Assembly: GCA_000320545.1 (NCBI GenBank)
Contig: ADNK01003025.1
Span: forward strand, 135,750 to 199,749
Direction: 5' to 3'
Source of the DNA: Bigelowiella natans CCMP2755
Taxonomy: Eukaryota; Protista; Cercozoa
Length of the DNA stretch: 64,000 nt
The notes beneath the pieces are model-generated. The model worked only from the letters and a program-made list of their open reading frames with translations. It was not told the origin of the DNA and searched no databases. A program made the position numbers and the translations under genes. Positions 55,386-64,000 of this stretch are shown here, piece after piece (the first letter of the stretch is position 1; every line of letters starts with the position of its first letter).

Positions 55386-56636
55386 ATCGAATGAGAGCCA
55401 GAGATACAGAAGCAGAGCGAATATGAATGTGGTAGAGAGTCGAAACGAAGTAGGAGTTGATGCGTTGCAGTAGTGATTAAATGTTTGATATCAATCGCTT
55501 ATAGAAAAGCGTCTTACTTAAAAATTAATGTCCAGAATTATTATGCATCAAAAGTGTACATCCAAAGGATAAACAGAGTATTGTTTCCGCTGGCTTCCCT
55601 TTTAGTCACAACACACGTTGGGCTAGTCCTGTAACGCTCAATAGCTACGACGCCATACACGCGCTACTGCGTCAAGCAATACTACGTGGTGTGTTGTAGA
55701 TGTGACGCAGTTCTTAGGTTATTTAAGCAGCGCTAACAATAACTACAGCTAGCTAGTAGCATATGCTTGCTAGTTAGAAAGTAAGCAAGTACAGCGTGCA
55801 GAGTACAAACGACACCCTCAGCTGCCAGCATGCTATTAGCAGGCATCGATAAGCTAGCCAAACATAGACCTGTGAGATGACAAACTAATAATCAACAACG
55901 CATCTGTCACAGATGCAGCTAAGGCATAGTCATCTTGGGCATAGCATGCGCTGGTGACCTTTTGAGGCTTTGCTAGCTTTGCGTGAAGCACATCAGACGC
56001 AACTTAAAAGAAATCGACTGCTCAAATGCCCCATGCATTTACAGATGCACAGTGAGTGTTTGAAATGCATGCTCCACGCCCAAAACGCCTACGCTAGTAC
56101 GCGACGCGTTGCATCTGCTCTATAATGATACGTTTTTGCATGCTAGCTCTCTCTATATCGCTTTGAGTGATACTTTACTTATTCGGCTAACTTTAATATA
56201 TAGAATAGATTGCGTTATTATATACTATTGCTAGATTGTGTGATACTTCCAATCCAGTGCAGCGTGCTAGCGTGACGCGGGATGCATATAGCCTTACATA
56301 TCACGCATTCCTAGCATGTAGAACTCATCAGAGTTTTTAAAAAACAAGATAGCAAATCGGTATGAAATAAAGAACATTATCAACATGCAGATACGTAAGA
56401 TTTGCCGCATTAAACTTCATTACGCATGTGATCATCGTGGCAGGTGTCCATGACATGCAAATTTGACGTTCTAGAGCCGCATCCAGGATCTTTCAGGAAA
56501 GGTACACCCTCATGACTAGAGGTTTCGATACCATTCCTTCATATCATGCTCGCATCACCCAGCACTCTTCCACTAGTATTTCATAGTGTTGCAAGAGGAG
56601 TGAAACTGAGGAGTTGCGCACATTTTGATCCTGCAT

Positions 56637-57417
56637 TTATGCGACCCTTATCCAAATTCCCTGCAACCAGAATACAAAAAAATAATAATAGAGAATTTCA
56701 GTACTTATGGTTAATTTTGTGTTGATACTCCTTCGGTTGTCTTACTGATTCTACCTTAGCCTCACCCTCCTCCTTGGTAAGCCCCCCCTTCAAATCCAAG
56801 CGGCACTTGCCAATTCAAATCCACCTGAACTCCTTTGCCCTGATGTAGCAAGAACTAGCATGAACAACAAGTATATTATCGTCTGTTGGAGCGGTATTAT
56901 TCTACCCCTTCGCCCTCTTCATCGTCCTCCTGTGCAATCCTCTTCCTCAAGACATCGGACAATTTGTGGACCTTTTGGTCGATACAGGAAGAAGAAGGAG
57001 AAGAAGAAGAAGAAAAGGAGGAGGAGGCAAGGTTCGTCAATTTGTTGTTAGAGCGCTCACTAATGTCATGCGATGAGAAGGAAGGAACCACCTCGTAAGA
57101 GACTTTCTCGAATTTTCCGTGGCCCTCACTCTTTTTCAGAAACTTCTTATCTGAAGAAAAGGTAAAAATTTGCTGCGTTATGAAAATAACATCATTATCG
57201 TCAGCATCGTCACCACCACCAGCAGCAGCAGCAGCTCCCCACCACTAACCATCATCACCTTTGGATACTTTGATTATGTGTTCGACAGCTTGAACCACCT
57301 TCTCCACATCATACTGAGAAGACGGGGAACAACAGGATGATGCAACGGAAGAAGAGAAAGACTCATAAACAATCAAAAATTCCCCTTCCTGCTCTTGCAA
57401 TTATGACATTGTATCTG

Positions 57418-57453
<36 letters not shown>

Positions 57454-60400
57454 GGGGAGTTTATGCGCAAATTAGGGTTCCATCCTCTGCATTCAAAGTA
57501 TGCATAAAAGCTTCAGCTTGACACCTCGCCTTCCTCCATTTCAATGGAAATTTGAGAGCTTGGTCCAATTAAGGAGAGGCAAGCCTCCGCCTCTATGAGT
57601 TAAGAGTAGCAACCATAATGTTCACACACCAAAATATGGGAAAGCATGAAAATTTTTGATTCCGCGACAAGAATGGGAGGCAATTACCATCATTTTTTAA
57701 AGTACAAGATACTACATACCTGCCATAGTTGCTGCGGCGGTTTGTAGAATCCTCGTTTGTTTCCCGATAACAATCGAAGACAGATCTTCAACCTCCAGCC
57801 GTCCGCAGCTGCTTGGGGGTTTTCTTTTCTAGATGGGTGGGGGATAGGAAGGACATCGGAGCAAGAAAAGTAATGATGACTTTAACGAAAATTGTAATAG
57901 TATTTGCAGGCGATCAGCACCTTGCGCCTATCGCACCAGTAAAGGGTTCCCAGCCGACTGCAATAGAAAATGATGGAGATGATGATGACGATAGATAACT
58001 TTGTTTTCTCAAGGAAGAAGATTGATCACAATCATCATCTATGAACAGTCTCTTCTTGAAAATTTTGTTCTCCTTACCCTGCCCCTTTTGCCTTGTACAC
58101 CAAGGACAGCTTCGTCGCCTGAAAGAGTAGGTAGATATAAGACGAGAGAAGGAGAGAAGAAAAGCGTACCAGCAGAGTGCAGTATATATCACGGCCATAT
58201 AACAATACGGATAGGGAAAGTAACAAAGATAGAAGTGGATTGATTCGTTGGTTTTGCAGCAAGATGCCGCTCACGACGTCCACCTTAGGAAGATTCATTT
58301 CGTCCAAAGTATATGCCATGATATTCATTCCCTAAGAGGAGAGAAGAGAAGAGAAGAGAAGAGAAGAGAAGAAAAGACGAAAATGACGATGCCATTGACC
58401 GGGGCGCGTAGATCACAGACACTTGTTTCTTCTTCATCTCCATCATCATCACCATCATCATAATCATCTCCATTGACCACCTTCTTGAGCTCCTTGACCT
58501 CCTTGCTGTCCATCAAATCCTTCGGATCCACAGCAGGGGGGCCTGGCCGTTGCATCGCACAACAAAACGTATGAGAGAAGACGCGCGGGACTTTGTCAAG
58601 GAAAGCGCAGGAACATGTGAAGTTTTTCCCGCAATAAATGATGAGAAGTGCCCGCACCTTTTTCCAGCTCCTTGCGCTTACGCTCCAGCTCTTCCTGTCA
58701 GCGATCGATGTGTAGTAGATTGTCAAAAGAGTTGTTTATTGCCAAATAAGTATTCTACAGCAGCATAGTAGTAGCAGGAGCGAAACACCGAGGTGGGGTA
58801 GCCCTCGTGGTCATAGAGAACAACCATGGTGGAAGAATAACAACGATAATATTATTTTCCGCGCTTGCTGAAAAACCTACTCTCTACTAATTTATTCGAG
58901 CCAAGTGTTGGTTTCGTCGTCATTATTAATTTAGCTTCACGCTCGTAAATCGATGACAACCACGACCACGACAACAACAACAATGCATTTCTGGATAAAT
59001 GTTGTGATAACTCTGAGAAATAATTATGCTCTCCCCCCCTCCTCGCAAAAACTCAAAATTGCACGTACCAGTTCAGGTGTCCACCTTGTCACCCTAAAGC
59101 CTACGACAGGGTTCTTAACAGAGCCGTCGGACACGACCGATTTCTACAAGTATTGTCTCAAATTTTAAGTCAGAATCCTCACTGCCAAATCTCAGCAGGC
59201 ATATAATTCGCTGATGAGCTCACGCTTCCTCCTCCCACCTAAAACATTCCAATCACCACCTTGTCTTGTGAGAGCTTATCTTTTCCGCAAGATAGAATGT
59301 GCTGCATGGCCTCAAACACTCCTTGGGTATCTATTTTACATTTGCACACGCACACACGCACACACACACACGCACACGCACACGTTCCTACCCGTCATTT
59401 CACACCTCACATCCCTAAAATAACTACTGCCTTACCCTCAGGAGTCTTGGTCGAAGCTGCGAGAGTAGAACTCCCTGCATCATCAATATACATTATTCCA
59501 AATGATCAGGCATCATCATGCCCATAACGTTAGCACGATAGCATTATCTGCCCTGCATTCAACTTCTACCTTGGGAGATGCTGAAGCATTGGCCTGACTT
59601 CACTCCGCCCTTCGTGACACATCAGAGACACGTATTGATTATAAGGAGATAGATAGGAAGAATCCACGCTAACACTCACATACCCCCCCTGGAGCTCTGA
59701 GGATCAGACCAGCTTTGCCCAAAGAAATCCCTTCGATCTCTCTACATATTGGTCGATTTTAGAGTGTGAAGGATAATATTTTCGATCCTTCTCTCGCTCT
59801 CACTGAGCTTTCTTGTAACTTATACAAATCAAAACCTACCCCATATCCATCTCTCCGGACATGTTTTTCTGAAATCTGCAGGAGACCATTTCAGAAGCGC
59901 ACAGTATACAAAACAGATGCCGTGTTCGAATGAGGGACGATTTAGATATGATTTTGGCAATTAAAATGAGGTTATGGCTCTTGCATCTTCGAACAGGTGA
60001 AAAGTTGTGCTAACTCTTTCAAATGAGGTTATGGCTCTTGCATTCTTGAACAGGTGAAAACTTATGCTAACTCTTTCGTTGCCGCCAGGGCACGTACCCG
60101 TCCTTTGATTTGGCGGACTCTGTAAAAGTAATCTTGCCTTGAGAAGATTTGCCATCCCCTTGAGGCGGGACGTATTTGAGAACTGCGCTTCGCTGCTCGA
60201 CTTCGTTGACATCATTCAGCACATACCTACAAAGAGGAGTAAATGCTACTTGCGGTACCAAATCGAAACTCTGCTACACTTTCCAACAAATTTAAAATTT
60301 TACTATGTTACATGTTGATATCAATGCCCTCATGTAGCTTCTTCACAGCTGTATGAGCCAGCAGCTGCCGTTTGTCCCCAGCCATTGCAAGTTCTTGCTG

Positions 60401-61297
60401 GTAATCCTGAATCAATATAGAGGCTTGGTTCGAGTACAGTTGACACTCAAATAACTGCATTTTTACGTGGATTCGAGAACGACCATCCTTCTCGAGTAAA
60501 ACTCCGAGTTTTGGATCAACCTGGAAATGATAACTTATCAGATTCCCTAATGTCTTGCTTCCTCAGATGTATATACCATGAGAAGTGTAGGAATGCTATT
60601 GATCTTTGTCTTAAGGTGGACCTGAATTGCATCCCCTGACAGTTTTGGACAGTAGTTCAGCTAGTATCTAACTCGTTACTTATGGATTCAATCTTTTTCA
60701 AGTTCACCTATTTTTTTGGCATCTTGGAAAGGGATGGCCTTCCACGGCATATCCTTAAAATACCCATCGAACTGATAAAATATATTTTCAGTATTCTGGT
60801 CTGATTATGGCATGTGGAACCAATTACATCGCTCTGTTGCTTGTCCCAGGAGCAATAAATAACTTCAAATCCTTCATTTTTCTCCTTCTTTGACTCGTAC
60901 ACCTTGACAAAATGTTGGCGTCCTCACTTAATGTAATCTCAGTTAACTGGAAGTGTTACCGCTTTCATTAACGGGGTGAATTTCTTGCATGGGCCACACC
61001 ACGAAGCTGAGAAATATATACCTACACAGATTGATACAACTCACAAACTGAGTAGAATCTGGTGTTACAGTTTCCGAGTTTATTCCTCTTCGACCGAACG
61101 AGAGATCAGAAAAACAGACGGTCTACCTAGCGTCTTCACCCTAAGAATCATACAATTACCTTAATCAGCACAACAACCTATCCTAGTCGAAACGTAAAGA
61201 ACCAAAATTTTGATGACACCGACCCTCGAAGGGCCTCCTTGGGGCTGATATTGGAGCCTCCATTCTGCAGGAGTGAGTCTCCAAGGACGGCGTCCAT
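56637..61297 (-). CDS. Nucleoredoxin/tryparedoxin-like thioredoxin domain followed by two PH-like repeats (multi-exon)
   Basis: YFSASWCGPCKKFTP, FEVIYCSWD, YFKDMPWKAIPF, SIPTL. Downstream exons GIDINMYVL...EIEGISLGK and GMNIMAYTL...EDLSSIVIGKQT...CLSLI resemble PLC-type PH domains. Confidence 0.7.
59963..60078. repeat. ~57-bp tandem duplication, intronic
   Basis: AAATGAGGTTATGGCTCTTGCAT...GAACAGGTGAAAA...TGCTAACTCTTTC occurs twice. Confidence 0.85.
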
Positions 61298-61459
61298 GAT
61301 AGTATTAAATTTTGGTAACATAGTGGATTTTCAGATTGCGACATAGTTTAATATGGCTTTTTGTTTAGAACATGTTCTAAATATAGCGTCTGTATTCACC
61401 TACAATGATGGGGGACGACTTCGATTTCAAGTCGTCATTCAAAAATTAGGAGTCTTGTA

Positions 61460-61799
61460 GTGATTCAACATCATCTTGTGTGATCTTGCATGAAGTTCAG
61501 TCAAAATGCATTTTGTTTTGTGGAGTTTTTCCTCTCATTTCAAGCATCTCTGCCAAACGTCTCTGCAAATGGTTTGTTCAAAGGTCATCATCACATCCTG
61601 TGTCAATGCACTTTTGTTCAAACTGTGGCAAATTCTTGAATTGTGTCTGGCATGACCACAACGCTTGGCAAAAACAGGTCGCATTCCATGTCTCCCCAGA
61701 CACATCGTGCAAAAAGAACGTCTCAATGAATCTGATGAACTCAATGAACGGAACACCGTGGATCACTGGAGCTGGTCAGCCATTCGATCCCTCCCTGCG
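61460..61799. other. Second TpA-free tract, probably a decayed repeat, into which the LTR element inserted
   Basis: No TpA in 340 AT-rich bases by manual scan. Ends at the LTR boundary. Confidence 0.65.
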
Positions 61800-62125
61800 T
61801 GTTGCGCGTAAGGTGTTCACAGGCCGAGGCGCTACGTGCACAAGTAGGCAGGGGGGGGGAAAGGCACGTTTGCTTCCTTTTGAAGAGTTGTGTTTATTTT
61901 TATTAAAGATTATATTTTTATTAAATCGTGCACTGCGTAATCATTCGCGAAGCTTTCGCGAATGCCGCCGCACGTGGGGCAGCACACTTCCGGTGTGCTG
62001 CCATGAGTCCCGCCGGAACCCACGTGCCTATGCTGTATTAATATCTACGTTATCTATATTCTATATCCGCGACAACCCCTTTGTTGTCGCACGTGACTTG
62101 TGCCCGCGTAGTGGTACGCGCTACA
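61800..62125 (-). repeat. 3' LTR (326 bp) of the Ty3/gypsy element
   Basis: Terminal inverted repeats TGTTGCGCGTA (61800-61810) and TACGCGCTACA (62115-62125), TG...CA ends. Short purine tract GGGGAGG (minus strand) abuts 62125. Confidence 0.85.
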
Positions 62126-62176
62126 CCTCCCCCAAGTCACGTTGCTCCTTCCTTCCTTCCTTATTCCCTTAGACCT

Positions 62177-64000
62177 TCATCGCTTTCGGAACTTCACCAA
62201 CCACCAGGTAATAGATTCCTCTCTAACCTTATCTCCTTTGTCGCTTACCCAGAACTCACCTTCGTCCTTAGGTTCGTGTCCATACCAGCCCTCTGCATCA
62301 AGGTCCCCCAGGACCTTATACCAGTGCTCAAAGGGTAAGTCGGGAACAGCTAGGTAGAGTAGCTGATATTTTCCGTCCTTTATTTTCATAGCTACCCTCT
62401 CCATATTTCGTAATCCAGGGTAGCCTAGATAGACAATCTTCATGCGCCAATCGTCGTTCACCCTGACCTTATTGTTTCCATATTCCACATCGAACTTAGG
62501 TCGGGGTCCTAAACAAGGCATTGCTCGCTCCCACACAGTAGGGTTTACTTTAACATCCTCTAGGAGCTTCTCACCGATATCATAATTCTTTAGGTGACTG
62601 ATGTGGCGCAAGGTGACCCTGTTCCCATCATAGATGTAGTACTGCTTCCTCCCCTTCCTCTCGGTAACCTTTGCAACGCCACCCCAGAAGGGGTCTTGTT
62701 TATTTCTCGATCTCAGATTTACCTTGGCCCTAACATACTGTCCTTCCTTTAGAACTCGGCCATCGTACGGGACCTTCTCGTCTTCGCTCTCGGTATCGTC
62801 GTCGTTGTCGTCGCCTTCTTCCCTCTCCTTATCCTTGATACCTCCCCCAGACGTGAAGGTGTCGTTTACTAACCCTTGTATCTTGTCTGGTGTGGTGCTA
62901 TTTATCCTGCTTAGGTTGGCCAAGGTGCGGTGGAGTCGCTCTACCTTGGAGTTGGACTGGGCATAGTATACAGGTGAGGCATCAATATTAGGGTGTGGTA
63001 GCTGTAGAAGAGAGGTCTCATTATCCACATGTAACTTCTTTGGTATCTTGTTTATGCTAACTTCATCAGGGATAGCCTGGAGCTCAGACTCCCAGGTACG
63101 GTAGCAGTTAGTAAGCCTCTGCTTATATAAGCCTTTGTTCTTCTTAGCAACGTTGACCTTGATAATCTTTTTAACCCAGCACTTTCCAGTGGCCACATCA
63201 ACGAAGGTAAGGTAGTGATAGCCATCGTACTTATAAACATCAATTTGCACGATATCTAAGAAGTTCCTTGCTTTGATTTTCTTAGATGCACGGCTCTTGC
63301 TGGACTCCTTGGTGGCGACGCCTGCCGCCTTCAAGCTGGAGCACCTGCAGCCACGCAGGTATGTCCTTATCTCTTTTAGCTTGTAGGGCCAGTAGTAATG
63401 GTAGAGTAGAGCAGTGATATGGTTTTCTCCTACGTGTGCAGGTCCATGGGCGGTAAAGAGAAGGGCTCCCCTGGTCCGCCGTGGCACGTAGGTACGCCTA
63501 ACATTATTAGTGTATACATATATCCTATCACAAAGTACCTCATGCTTGTGTTTGTATTTATCCAGGTGTTCTTGAAGGTGCTGGAGCTCCTCTGGCTCAG
63601 GCAGGAAGTCGCCGTCCTCGAAGGTAATCGCGTTAACCATAGGGGTGACCTGGGTAGGGACTTTCTTTTCGAACAGCCTGCTGAAATAGTCAGCAAGCTG
63701 CTTGTCTCCTGGTGCGTAGACCACTGTCCTCTTGTCCCTAAACTCTTCCGTGTCCGCCCTCATAGCTGCATACTCATCGTTAGGCGCTTCGAGCTTGCGG
63801 TCGATGCCTAGGAGGGGCTTGTGGTCAGTCATTAAGGTGAAGCTGGGCACCGACAGCAGGTAGTATCTTAGTTTCCTCTGCGCCTCAGTCATGGCTTTAT
63901 ACTCTCCTTTTGTAGGGCTGTACTTGGCCTCAGCTGCTGTGCAGGCCCTGCCCCACACCCGTATGATCTGCTGTCAGATGCTCTATTCCTACGACGCGGT
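62177..64000 (-). CDS. Ty3/gypsy pol, C-terminal part: RNase H, integrase (HHCC, DDE, SH3-like), Dam-like tail. Runs toward/off the right edge
   Basis: RNase H YSPTKGE...FTLMTDHKPL...ADYFSR precedes integrase HGPAHVG...YYWP...CRC, QIDV, VDNE, SNSKVER, which is the gypsy domain order. Confidence 0.9.

Larger units (their letters stand above)
61800..64000 (-). mobile_element. Intact-looking LTR retrotransposon (Ty3/gypsy), 3' half
   Basis: Uninterrupted pol ORF + PPT + LTR with TIR. TpA content looks normal. Confidence 0.88.

Noticed and set aside
61456-61465. TGTAGTG as the distal LTR boundary
   Set aside because: A better 10/11-bp inverted repeat lies at 61800 and coincides with the TpA composition switch.

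Overview
Eukaryotic (protist-like, intron-rich) nuclear DNA. The organism cannot be fixed from sequence alone. Ten protein genes alternate strictly in strand: (+) a giant IPT/TIG + Cys-repeat + multi-TM protein, truncated by the left window edge; (-) ankyrin-PWWP protein; (+) TMEM104-like amino-acid transporter; (-) class I glutamine amidotransferase; (+) XRN2; (-) PP1 catalytic subunit; (+) PP5-like TPR phosphatase; (-) class II aldolase-like/La-motif fusion; (+) Sel1-repeat protein; (-) nucleoredoxin-like/tandem PH-like protein. The right edge holds the 3' half of an intact Ty3/gypsy LTR retrotransposon. Main discovery: old repeats show a region-restricted A:T->G:C hypermutation signature at TpA, and secondarily ApT, that spares CTAG and leaves CpG intact, i.e. 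the reverse of fungal RIP. A 2.5-kb LINE-derived island (19992-22501) has only 3 TpA. Sister repeat copies show TA/TG/CA and AT/GT/AC triads at the same sites. A decayed relative of the LTR integrase has Tyr->His/Cys changes. The intact LTR element appears unmutated and its integrase seems fused to a degenerate Dam-like (N6-adenine methyltransferase-fold) domain. Gene models and counts were made by eye; no database searches were run.
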